Below are positions 1 to 11,461 of a stretch of 64,000 bases of DNA, piece by piece. The position numbers and the translations under genes were made by a program. The notes under the pieces are model-generated. The model saw nothing but the letters and a program-made list of their open reading frames with translations. It had not been told where the DNA came from and ran no database searches. Source of the DNA: Octopus sinensis (Eukaryota). Within the stretch, counting starts at the first letter, position 1, and every line of letters begins with the position of its first letter. The stretch spans positions 48,484,001 through 48,548,000 of the forward strand of contig NC_042997.1 in assembly GCF_006345805.1 (NCBI RefSeq). Direction: 5' to 3'.

Positions 1-210
1 GCTCATGATCAGAGATGCACATATCGTCAGCCACTAAAGGACATGGTCAACTGGTTAAGGTCAAACAACTGACAAGCAAATCTGTGGTATTGAGCAGAAT
101 ATTTGCTGTAGCCCATTTTTTATACCAAGACAAAACAATATACATGATAACACTTCCAATCACTTAAGATCAGAAGTCACGAGAGCCACTGCCTTGTACT
201 GCCTCAAGGC

Positions 211-211
<1 letters not shown>
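1..211 (+). mobile_element. Probable 3' end of a LINE (RTE-like) running into a trinucleotide tail; truncated by window start
   Basis: Moderately GC-rich segment ending abruptly in (ATT)n(ACT)n. Short-tandem tails are typical of RTE-clade 3' ends. Family assignment is from recollection only. Confidence 0.4.
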
Positions 212-264
<53 letters not shown>

Positions 265-300
265 TACTACTATTACTACTACTACTACTACTATTATCAT
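212..300. repeat. (TAT)n(TAC)n microsatellite
   Basis: Direct reading. Confidence 0.95.
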
Positions 301-416
301 TGTTACTATTATTAAGTTGAGCACTCATGTCGATAAATTACAAGCCGTTTGCCTATAGTGTAAAGAATAAACTACTATTAGTGTTAACCTTAGTAAATAT
401 TCTGTTACAGCAGCAC

Positions 417-417
417 C

Positions 418-469
<52 letters not shown>

Positions 470-497
470 CAGTAGTTGTAGTTGTTGTTGTAGTAGT
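417..497. repeat. (AGT)n microsatellite
   Basis: Direct reading. Confidence 0.95.
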
Positions 498-585
498 AAG
501 CAATCATTGTATTTAATAGCATGTTTTCTGGTTATTAAATGACGATCCCCAATATGTTTTTTAACCTGGTGCAATCGCACAAATT

Positions 586-689
586 ATTTTCTTAAAAAGG
601 AATTTTCAAATTAATCCATCAAAATTTTAATAACTGAAATATGTTTAATAATTTTTATTTTTGTATGTGTCTCCCTATATTTTGAATGT
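586..689 (+). repeat. 104-bp direct repeat, copy 1 (copy 2 at 2206-2309)
   Basis: attttcttaaaaaggaattttcaaattaatccatc...tattttgaatgt; about 8 mismatches between copies by manual alignment. Confidence 0.9.
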
Positions 690-881
690 CACATTTTCAA
701 TATTTCTTTTAAATATTTCACATATAATTAGAAACTTTTAGTGATCTTACTCGTTTGTTTACACAAACGCACATAGTCAGATACGCTCCACACTCAAAAC
801 GCGCATACTTCTATATGTACAAACGCGTATATATATATACACACACGCACACACACACATATATATATGTATATATATATG

Positions 882-913
<32 letters not shown>

Positions 914-1201
914 ATATATTTATATATATATACACACATATATATACATATATAATTATATACATGTGTGTGTGCGTGTTTCTGCATAATTCTGGGAGTC
1001 CTATCTATTTATTTTCTCTTTTTCCTTTTGTTGAAGAGTGTAAGCTCGAATCGTAAAATACTTTCTCACTTTCTTGAGCATCAAACCATTACACCTGCTT
1101 GTTGTTCATAATCCTGTCGTCGTCTTTTGTTTTTCTGTAAATTTCAACTATATATATGTTAGAAATTAAAAAAGGAAAATACACACAGTTTACATAGTTT
1201 T

Positions 1202-1239
1202 AATATTCGACCTGTTTCGCTTTTGCTATTCATGATATT
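1202..1239 (-). ncRNA. Minimal type I hammerhead-like motif (A3-U8 variant)
   Basis: Minus strand: aauauc AUGAAUA gc aaaa gc GAAAC ag GUC gaauauu. Confidence 0.5.
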
Positions 1240-1555
1240 ATGGTTTACTTATTTGAATATGTATTTTCTTAAGAAGAAATATTAGTCCATTATGTGTGTT
1301 ATGATATATTTACGAGTGAACGACTTCACAAGTAGAAAAATACGGGGAGGTAATTGGTTAACGTTATTATTATTGTTGTTTTTGACAAACGAGATAACTG
1401 TTCAGCTTTCGGTAAGAGAAGGGGAATATATATGTACGCACAAAAAATGGTTTCGAAAAACTTGTTTAGTGAGGGCTTAATGTACAGTGATGTAATCGTG
1501 AATTGAAATAAGTAAAAAGGTAAATGTTGGTTATGCATGCATATTAAGACGTGTT

Positions 1556-1742
1556 CTTTATTCTTTTACTTGTTTCAGTCATTTGGCTGTGGCCATGCTG
1601 GAGCACCACCATTGGTCAAGGAAATCGACACCAGGACTTGTTCTTTGTAAGCCTAGTACTTATTCTATCGTTCTCTTTTTGCCGAACTGCTAAGTTACGT
1701 AAACGCAGCAGCATCGTTTGTCAAGCGATGTTGGGGGGGGAC
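1556..1742 (-). mobile_element. SINE family B, 3' half, inserted at the end of the Penelope ORF
   Basis: cttgtttcagtcatttggctgtggccatgctggagcacc...ccgaactgctaagttacg is shared with copies at 6.9, 42.8, 45.9 and 52.7 kb. Confidence 0.85.
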
Positions 1743-2207
1743 GAAAAAAGTTTCTTTATTTAAACGTCCTTGTGGGGAGATTGTGTCTTTGCACTGGTAG
1801 AAGGGGAAGACTGAGAAATTTGGTTTGATGTCATCTGCACATTTTTCTATATGTTCACTGCGAGGAATTTGTCTGTATATCTCTTTATGTAGAATGGTTC
1901 TCCTTCTCAAGGTCATACTCGTCTCTCCAATATAGTTGTGTCCGCACCCCGAGCAGGTTATTACATAAATTAGGTTCTCAGAGGCACAAGTGAAACTAGT
2001 TTTAATTGTGAACCTCCGTCCTTGTTTGAAAAGCAAATCCGAACCTTCAAGTAAGTTGGGGCAGGTTCCACAGTTTGGGGGTCCACTGATTTTAGCGGTT
2101 GATTTCGTGGTTGCTTTGTAAATCTTCGTATTTGTTAGCAGTCTCTTTAGCGATTTGTGTTGCTTTTTGCATTTGATGAGTTTGTGCGTTTTCATGATTT
2201 CGTTCAT
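1743..2207 (-). pseudogene. GIY-YIG endonuclease domain of a Penelope-like element
   Basis: ORF 1695..2207: PNCGTC Cys motif, NLIYVITCSGCGHNYIGETS, EHIEKC. The last codons of the track ORF run into the SINE insertion. Confidence 0.85.
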
Positions 2208-2309
2208 TTTCTTACAAAGGAATTTTCAAATTAATCCATCAAAATTTTAATAACTGAACCATGTTTAACAATATTTATTTTTGCATGTTTCCCCCTATAT
2301 TTTGAATGT
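2206..2309 (+). repeat. 104-bp direct repeat, copy 2
   Basis: Matches 586-689; starts exactly where Penelope homology stops. Confidence 0.9.
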
Positions 2310-2315
2310 TCAAAA

Positions 2316-2352
<37 letters not shown>

Positions 2353-3016
2353 ATCCTACGACACCCTACATCGTTACTTGTCTCCAGAGAGACGAACGTA
2401 AGTCGAAATAACCATTATTTAAATGTATATATATATGTAATAATTAAAAGTTAAGCTAGCCTTGGTTGTTTTTATGTAAGCTTACGAATTTGGAAAATTA
2501 TTAGGCAAGCCTAGGCTGCTTTTATAGTAGAAAGAAATCATTTCAAATTCTGTACTCTTTTCTGCCTGATTGCTGAAAGTCGGTGTTTCTCATTAAGGCG
2601 AGTTTAGGAGGAGGACATTTCAGACTGGATGTCGATGGTTGGGGATCGTCAGCTGATTCCTGCTGTAATTATGTAGATCATTGTGCGAACTTATATAAAG
2701 TTCCTTGAATTGTCTTTTCCTCTTCAAGGTGCAAAAGTATCTTGACAACCCTGCCAATATTTTTACAAAACGTTGTGCATTGGGATCCATTGTTGTTGCA
2801 TTTTCTTCAACGTAAAACGACGAGGATCAGGATCAATAATGCAAACTGTATTTCAACATTAATTTTAATATGCTTTACAGATTATACTATTAGTTTTTTT
2901 AATTTATTTCCCAGAGACGAATACGAGCGTAACAAATCGACACATCCTGGAACTAACACTTATAGTATGAACGTTATTACTGTTTTGCTTGGTGACATAA
3001 ATTAATACTGTATTTG

Positions 3017-3071
<55 letters not shown>

Positions 3072-3158
3072 TATTAGAGACAAAACCACTATTTTGCAAA
3101 ACAAACAAGGAAAGACTTAATCAATACATAAAATTTTAATAAATAGTCAAAAAAACCG

Positions 3159-3201
3159 CCACTACAATCGTTTCTTGTCTTGATCGACAATCTTCAGGTG
3201 G
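3159..3201 (-). ncRNA. Minimal type I hammerhead ribozyme motif (left palindrome arm)
   Basis: Minus strand: ccac CUGAAGA uuguc gaucaa gacaa GAAAC gauu GUA gugg. Confidence 0.7.
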
Positions 3202-3254
3202 ACTTCCAATAATTCAGTGTCAAATTATGAATTTGACACTGAATTATTGGAAGT

Positions 3255-3297
3255 CCACCTGAAGATTGTCGATAAAGACAAGAAACGATTGTAGTGG
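3255..3297 (+). ncRNA. Minimal type I hammerhead ribozyme motif (right palindrome arm)
   Basis: ccac CUGAAGA uuguc gauaaa gacaa GAAAC gauu GUA gugg: intact core, 4-bp stem I, 5-bp stem II, minimal stem III. Confidence 0.7.
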
Positions 3298-3475
3298 CGG
3301 TTTTTTTGACTATTTATTAAAATTTTATGTATTGATTAAGTCTTTCCTTGTTTGTTTTGCAAAATAGTGGTTTTGTCTCTAATAATATTTTATAATATTT
3401 TACTATAAAATCGATTTAATCCTAAATCTGATTTTTTCCCTGTAAATTTGGATTTATTCCCTAATATTTATTATT

Positions 3476-3509
<34 letters not shown>

Positions 3510-3554
3510 ATATATATATACATATTTGTCTTGTTGTCGAGAGAGGCTCCCTTC

Positions 3555-3636
3555 CTTTCCTGATGTGAAGATTGCATAATGCACCCTTTATTCCTTTGGA
3601 ATGAAACCATGTTGTCTTCGAAACATATGTCGAGAG
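3555..3636 (+). ncRNA. Type I hammerhead motif with long stem II (A9 altered to U)
   Basis: cuuuc CUGAUGU gaag...cuuc GAAAC auau GUC gagag; palindromic ACAUAUGU at stem/loop III; homologous to 41161-41243. Confidence 0.55.
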
Positions 3637-4544
3637 TAAAGGAATTTTGTTAACATCTTCGTTCGACTCCATTCCTTCATTTATTCATATACAACACACA
3701 AATTTCTGCACATGAACCCGGAGTTTCTACCCTTGGACAGGTCGCTTCAACCGTGTTTTTGACGTGAATTTGCAGCCCTGGTTTCGGTTCAACGACTTTT
3801 CCATGCTGACGATAAACATAGGATAATTCATTCACCTATTTATATATATATACATGTATGCATGTACGTATGTATATAGTAACATCTAAAGCTAAGATCC
3901 CTGGATCAAAGTGTAGGAGGGTAGTAGCCTACGAGCAGTCCGTAGGAGGTATAAGGAACAATTTCCAGGTACAATATTGATTTATTGACATAGAAGGTTG
4001 TAAGTTTTTCCATATCGAATTACGATGAGCTGAAAAAAACACTATTTTTTACCTCCCTCTCTTTCTATCCGATATTCTTCTTCTTTATTCTACTTTGACT
4101 CCATTTATATGTATTTACAGGGTGCCACAGTACATTTACTTATTTATTCTACAGTAAACCCAGCAAATGACCCCAGCCGGGATTCACAAAAATTGTTCCC
4201 TAGCCAGCCTCCATAATACCAATTTTTCCTGGTGTTCTTTCCCTTTTGTTTTTCTGCATTCGAATTTTTATTCTTTTCCTTAATAAATTTAGACATTTTC
4301 CCACTCTCATTTATTATGTCTTCAAAAATACGTTTTCGCTTTTGTTTTCCACGTATTTTCAGTCAAATCTCCTGCGTGTTACCTTAGGATCCCTTGACAA
4401 GAATGTAACTTTCTGTTGACTAAGGTATCTTTGGACCGACCAGTAGCTAACGGATTATCTCTCGTTTGGGTAAATACTATTTACGAGATTCTGCCAGCTA
4501 TGAAACATAGTCTGGATTACATTTACTCCATTCCATAAAGTTGT

Positions 4545-4702
4545 ATATCTATCTATCTATCTATCTACCTGTCTGTCTGTCTATCTGTCTGTCTGTCTGT
4601 TTCTCTCTCTCTCTCCTCTCTCTCTCTCTATCTATATATATATATATATATATATGTACATATATGTATGTATATATCTATATCTATCTATCTATCTATC
4701 TA

Positions 4703-4787
<85 letters not shown>

Positions 4788-4806
4788 ATATATATATATA
4801 TATATA
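4545..4806. repeat. Compound (TATC)n/(TGTC)n/(TC)n/(TA)n microsatellite
   Basis: Direct reading. Confidence 0.95.
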
Positions 4807-6880
4807 ATAAATGTATCAATATTTTGGTATGATATGAATAGATAGATAGATAGATAGATATTGATTTTTGCTCTAGTGCGTTTCTCTCTGAGTTGCACAA
4901 TCATCCGTTAGTTACTGTTGAATCAAATGTATTATCTGAAAATTACTTCTATTCTTCATATTGCAAAGCACACGTACTTCATAATCTGTTTTACTACATG
5001 AGTTTCAAATAGATTTGAACCGAATTATTTCACTGAAGGCTATTCTTTCTCTCTTATGCAATCCTATTATGGAACGAAATTACTTCTATCAGCCTGAGCC
5101 TCATAAATGGCAACATTTAATGATTTATCTTAGCACCAAAAGACGATTCTATGCATCTGTAGTTTTTTTTTTTAATTTAATCTCAGAATGTATTAAGGGA
5201 ATAGCAATTACTAGCTTTCGAGTGCAGTAAAACCAGCTGGATAATTCAAATAGCTCTGTAATCACAACAATCTTTTGATCCTTCAAACATCTCAATATTT
5301 TCTTTTATATTTTTCATTTTTACTTTACACTGTATCTACCACAACCAAGTAAATTACGTTTTCATTTCCCTGTTATTTTTTTTCAATCAGTGACTAGTAT
5401 GCAGAATAAGCGTCAAATCATATTGCAATTCTATGCTAGCATGCGATCGCCTGTTATAAAATCTTGTAGTGTTCAGCGCAAATAAAAAATATATGTTATT
5501 TTGTTTCTCTGCAGGAGAGATTTTCATAAACGTCAGAACTACCTGCATGGTTAGGAACGTAAATGCGATGATATAATTCAAATAACAGCAGAAAGACAAT
5601 TGTATTTCAGCGTAAGTCCAATACCAAAAGAGAAAAATTAATCTTATATATAATCGCATTGCGAGTGAATTTTCACATTGGCCAATTAGCTACAGTTTCG
5701 TTTCTACTCTTCTTCTCTACACTTATTGTTTTTACATTTCTTTCTTTTTGCGTAATGCCAGGATTCATACTACAGTGATATTTATGGAATTTTATTTTTG
5801 GTATTCTAAAAGAAAAACATAAGCATCAAATAAATGGTAGCTACTCCATATGGTCAATACATAAATGAATAAGTCTGTAGTGGTGTATCTTCCTGTAAGT
5901 ATTCCATCTTCAGCTTAGCAACAGTATTCTTCTCATAAGAATTAAATATGTCCCAGGAATTCAATTGGAAAGCAAACTAGTTTAATGAGTGTGTAAATGA
6001 TGAAATATCAGTTTCATAATGTTTTTAAACTGATTAGATTATTGTCGTTTTATACCTGAACTGTTAGTTCATATTTCTCTAACCCTAACCCTGATTGGCG
6101 ATATATAAACCAGGACCAGTTGATTTCGATCCGAGAATAACCTTTATTTTGCAGGAGCTTTATTGTATAGATGCAAAAGAAGTTTAAACATAAAATAGCT
6201 TCTCAAGTAATAAAATAAAACAAAAGCCAAATATGTTATCAAAAAATATAAACCGACAAAAAATTTGAACTCTGCTACCACCACTCAGATAAAAACAGCT
6301 GATTTCGATTTTCATTGATATATTTCTCTCATCGTGACCATTAATAATTGCAATAATTATATAGTTTTAATTACATTTAATCAATATCAAATTAAATTAA
6401 AGTGAAGTAAGTTCAACTAATACACGTTAATTGTATTTATCCCAATCAAAGTATATTTACGTCACTACCACACGACAAATTGGCTTACTCATCAGTAATG
6501 AATAGCATTATTTATTTTAAATTTAATTCTTCGTTAAACATTTTCAATGACTGTTTCTGATAAAGAGCGTAAACAAAATCAGTTTCGCGAACTTATTGAA
6601 CTGAACGGAATATATTTGAAATTTTCAACGACGTAAAACTTATTTCGATTCCAGGGCAAATAAATTTGCAAGCGATTTATGGTTTTGATAAAGATTGACC
6701 CTGATGAACATGGAAAGAATATGCAAAATTTTGTAGATGTTACACTACTGAAGGAAAAAAAGAATCGCATTCGTAGAAACAAAATAAGCCAATAGAGTGA
6801 TGAGTATGCGATAGCGATTTATATATATATATATACTGTATATATGCATGTATGCATATATATATATATGTATATATATA

Positions 6881-7059
6881 CTCTTTTACTCTTTTACTTG
6901 TTTCAGTCATTTGACTGCGGCCATGCTGGAGCACCGCCTTTAGTCGAGCAATCGGGGCTATAGCAGAAGACACTTGCCCAAGATGCCACGCAGTGGGACT
7001 GAACCCAGAACCATGTGGTTGGTTAGCAAGCTACTTACCACACAGCCACTTCTGCGCCT
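6881..7059 (-). mobile_element. SINE family B with large internal deletion (head fused to tail)
   Basis: 3' end (ctcttttacttgtttcagtcatttgactgcggcc) joins the head (gacacttgcccaagatgccacgcagtgggactgaaccc) at about 6955. Confidence 0.85.
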
Positions 7060-7060
7060 A

Positions 7061-7190
<130 letters not shown>

Positions 7191-7527
7191 ACGATTATAT
7201 TTTTACTTACGCAATATGAATGACAAACTCTCTGGTAAGCCATTTTATTATGAAAATATGCAGGTAATATGCCAGCCACATGGAAAATCATTATAAAGCA
7301 CAGCAATTGAGAAAATGAGAAATAGCTGTGGATGTCACTTAAGATAAGACTAATACACGAAGACAAATCTGAATTTGACTATTTTATTCGTACATGTTTG
7401 TAATATATTATTCCTCTACCAGATTAATCCATGTATTGCAATCGATGAGGTATTGACAAATGAATAAGTATCGATCATGGACAAATTTACTACATGCACT
7501 TATAATATTTTACAATGCATATACGTG

Positions 7528-7596
<69 letters not shown>

Positions 7597-8464
7597 GAAT
7601 GTATGTATGTATAGATATATATACACACGAGGACATGTGTACCATGTACATTATATTATATTACATTACATTACATAAGACTCTGAATTAATATCGAAAT
7701 CGAACATAAGCGTTAATCAGAACAAAATCTGAAGCAGTTTTATATTGTGCTTATGGCAAAAACAAAAAAAACAACAAAATATGGCGTAATCATATACAGA
7801 CTAATACTATCTTTACAAATTTCAAATTATAATAAAAAATGTATAAATTGTAATCAACTTTTTGATAGTGCAGCTGAAGAGTTCTTTAAACTAACCCTAG
7901 AGATGACATATTTGGTTTTATCCAGCGTTTGAAGATGGAGGTGGAGAGGAATCCCTCACTTCCGGACTCATCAGATATGTTCAGAACTAGACTACTGGTT
8001 GATTCTAACCATTAGAGATGTTCCAAGTGAAATAGAAGTGACTGTAATAGAAATAGAATCGTGTATATTTGTTAGTATGTGCTTGTGTTTGTATACGCAT
8101 GGTAGCATTATATATTTCTACGTTGTGTATGCGTACGCGTAGGGGGGGGGACATTTGTGAGCATCGATGTATTTCTAATCGCTTAGACGTGCGATGTAAT
8201 TAAATTTAGTGTGAAAATTGAAGCCACGGTGGATAGCGTTTGACAAAGAAGACGAGGATCAAGTTCTCACTAGAAGCAAGATTGAATGCTTAGGCCGAAG
8301 TTGAAGATTAAGGTGGAGAGACCGACGAGTTGGAACTGCCAAGAGACTGGTTTTCCGAGGGCAATTCCAAAGTATTGCATTGGAAACGCGTTCAACATTC
8401 GACATTCTGTTCCCCTGATTATGTGTGCTGGTAAATTGGTATGTTTGCAATTATACGTATAAAG

Positions 8465-8508
<44 letters not shown>

Positions 8509-8979
8509 ATGCAATTATTATACGTATCCTTACAAGCATATGAAAATAATATTGTTACTAATTTAGACAATATTTGTTCATAAATATGTATGTGTTGTGT
8601 GTTTGACATTTTCAGATCTGTTCTTTGGCTTTGAATGTGTCTGAAGTGGATACATGAATTATCATAGTGATACGAACAAAACATCTGTCTATTATTGGGA
8701 TATCGCAATTGTTGTAAGATCAATATTTCACAAGTTTCTTCTGACTCTTTTTGATGAAAATGAAACGTGATTTTACAGCGAAAATATGTTCGTATTTAAA
8801 ATTATAAGAAGTGTTTATGATACTATTGATGCAGGTTCTGCGGTTAGGACGACTTTCCTATTTGGATATTGTCTTAATCTCAAATGTAATTTGACTGTTA
8901 AAATGTTTAGGCATTTTTGTTTTGCATTGGTTTTTTTTTTATATTTTGTCTATTCCGAATATTCTTATAATAATCATTT

Positions 8980-9186
8980 CAACTATAGGAACAAGGCCTA
9001 AAACTTGATGGGGAGAGGGCTAGTCGATTACATTGGTGCCAGCGCCTGACTGGTACTTATTTGATCAACCCCGAAAGGATGACAGTAAAGCCGACCTCAG
9101 TGAGATTTGAACTCAGAACGAAAAGACGGATGAAATACTGCTAAGTATTATGTTTAACGGACAAGCGGCTCTGACAGCTTGCTGCC
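8980..9186 (-). mobile_element. SINE family C, diverged copy
   Basis: gtcgattacattgg...actggtacttatttgatcaaccccgaaaggatg...atttgaactcagaacg core shared with other copies. Confidence 0.8.
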
Positions 9187-9279
9187 AGCACCACCAATAT
9201 CAAAATCATTTGTAACATTTGCACAGAACTGAGCATGCCAAAGGAGAGCAAAACCGATTAGATCGAGCACTTGGTAATT

Positions 9280-10256
9280 ATTTCATCAACCCTAATAGAA
9301 GACTCAAATTAAATAGTTTTGGTGTGGTAAGCCTTTACACCAATATTCGACATGAGTTAAGAATAAGGGCGATTTAATACTGAATAGAAAAACATAGAGA
9401 AGTGATTCCCAACAGATTCATGGTGCCATTTATGTTAGACACAATCTGACTAGTTCTGGAAAACAGCACATTTTTCACTGGTATGAATTACATCCAAATT
9501 AAAGGCACGGCTATGGGAACGAGGTTTTCTCCCGTTTACACGAACTCTGTAATAGGATACTTAGAACGAAAAAAAAAGAACGGCCAAGAATCAGAAGAAA
9601 ACTATATCCCTAAATTTAGAAAGTATAATGAAATTGAATGGAAGCGATACATTGACGACTGCTTCATAATCTTCACAGTATCTCTAAATATTCTGGAAGA
9701 GTTCAATATCCTCCTGAAAAACCTACGCCCATCTCTCCAATTTACAAAGGAAATGACTAAGTACCAAATTACCATTACTTGATATAATGGTAATGAAAAA
9801 GGACAGCACCATTGCCACAGATACATACTATATACTTACGGACACACATCAATACCTGAATTTCAAGTCTTACCATCCACCACATACAAAACGCAACATC
9901 TAATACTGCCTAGCCAGAAGAATTTGTACTATTGTAGAAGATGTGAAAATCAGGAAGAAACGCATAACAGAACTAAGAATTTTTGCTCAGACAAAAATAG
10001 CCATCTCTACTTATACCAAATGGCATACAGCAGGCTATAAATATACACACACAACAACAAAGGACAACGCGGCACACAACCCATGTCATCATTGCCAAAG
10101 CAAACCTTCCAATCATTGCTCAAAGTAATCAAGTAAGAGGCATAATCACAGATCGAGCTATGGCTCGAAAAATAATTAACAGATTGTAAATTTGACTTTA
10201 GCAACAAAGACTAATCATTCACTGTATCTGAATGCAATGATAGCCGATGTGACACA
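9280..10256 (+). pseudogene. Penelope-like reverse transcriptase fragment, frameshifted, ending at the start of the Cys linker
   Basis: YIQIKGTAMGTRFSPVY and WKRYIDDCFIIF motifs, then YLNFKSYHP-like sequence; terminal VSECNDSRCDTC resembles CGRPNCGTC of the 62.6-kb copy. Confidence 0.85.
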
Positions 10257-10358
10257 TGTACATATATATATATATATATATAATATATATATATATATAT
10301 AGTACGTTTAAATATTTGTTGTGCAAGATTTTTTATGTGAAATCGTGTGATGAAACAG

Positions 10359-10626
10359 ATATTGTTATATTTCGGAATGGTCATATTGCCAGTTTAGCCA
10401 ATAAAAACACACGCTAACGGTTAGTAAGGAGAGACACAAATACGAAAGAAGAAAACAAAGGACCACTGATGCGGTCACAGGAGTGTGACGAAAGAACTCT
10501 GGCCGAAATAAGATTAAGATTAATGTAAAAGATAAATATCACTAAAGCAAAATAACACCAAATATATAGTGCGTGTGTTTTTATTGGCTAAACTGGCAAT
10601 ATGACCATTCCGAAATATAACAATAT
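10359..10626. repeat. Perfect 56-bp inverted repeat (10359-10414 and 10571-10626) with 156-bp spacer
   Basis: atattgttatatttcggaatggtcatattgccagtttagccaataaaaacacacgc and its exact reverse complement. Confidence 0.95.
10463..10502 (+). ncRNA. Degenerate hammerhead-like motif
   Basis: cca CUGAUGC g gucac aggagu gugac GAAAG aa CUC ugg; A9 changed to C and one unpaired G. Confidence 0.35.
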
Positions 10627-10824
<198 letters not shown>

Positions 10825-10853
10825 CTATATATATCATTACATATAGATACATA

Positions 10854-11127
10854 GGAGCGTGGCTTAGTGATTAGGGCATTCACGTGATGATCGTAAGGTC
10901 GTGAGATCGATTTCCTGCAACGCGCTGTGTTTTTGACCAAAACGCTTTATTTTATGTTTCTTCAGTCTGCTTAGCTGGTAAAAATGAGTAGTTAATGTAT
11001 TTGAAAGGGCCAGCCTTGTTACATTCTGTGTCATGCTGAATCTCCTTGACAACTACGTTAATTTTACGAGCAAGCTGTTCCGTTTATCGAATCAAATGGG
11101 TCCCACGTCGTCGTAACCGACGGAGTG
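10854..11127 (+). mobile_element. SINE family A, diverged copy
   Basis: tRNA-like head (ggcttagtgattagg...gagatcgatttcc) and 3' end gtcgtcgtaaccgacggagtg shared with 23825-24200. Confidence 0.8.
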
Positions 11128-11344
11128 CTTCTTCTATATATACATTATTTATATATATATATATATATATATAACATAGATAGATAGATAAATAGGTAGA
11201 TACATGCGTGTGTGTATGTATGTAAAAATATATACGAATGTTGAAATGCAATATTTGTATATATGCCTCATATAATTGAGCAGCATTTATCTGCGAATAC
11301 GCACGTATGCCTTTCTGGCAGTATATATGCCTGTATATATGCCT

Positions 11345-11461
11345 GTATGTATGTATTCATGTATGTATGTATACCTGTATGTATGTATGTATGTATGTAT
11401 GTATGTATGTATGTAGTATGTATGTATGTATGTATGTATGTATGTATGTACGTATGTATGT
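11345..11461. repeat. (TATG)n microsatellite
   Basis: Direct reading. Confidence 0.95.

Larger units (their letters stand above)
1150..2205 (-). mobile_element. Penelope-like retroelement 3' fragment (GIY-YIG domain + 3' UTR), interrupted by a SINE
   Basis: Protein and 3' UTR are colinear with, and clearly homologous to, 58318-59250; ends at a (TA)n tract. Confidence 0.9.
3062..3394. repeat. Near-perfect palindrome: 165-bp arms (3062-3226 and 3230-3394), 3-nt loop, one mismatch
   Basis: Base-by-base reverse-complement comparison; only 3182/3274 mismatches. Confidence 0.97.

Noticed and set aside
1027-1062. Hammerhead-like ttgaagagtgtaagctcgaatcgtaaaa in a Penelope-type terminal segment
   Set aside because: The stem gagt/gctc uses the bases needed for G8/A9, GAAAC is altered and stem I does not abut the core; it cannot be folded as a canonical hammerhead.
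2375-2412. ccagaga-gac...gtc-gaaat hammerhead-like layout
   Set aside because: Three core positions are wrong and there is no stem I or III.
6080-6093. taaccctaaccct telomere-like repeat
   Set aside because: Only two units; expected by chance or as part of a decayed repeat.
7928-7975. ttgaaga-long stem-ggact on plus strand and CTGATGAG on minus strand
   Set aside because: Neither orientation has GAAA plus a cleavage triplet with a matching stem I; at most a very decayed remnant.
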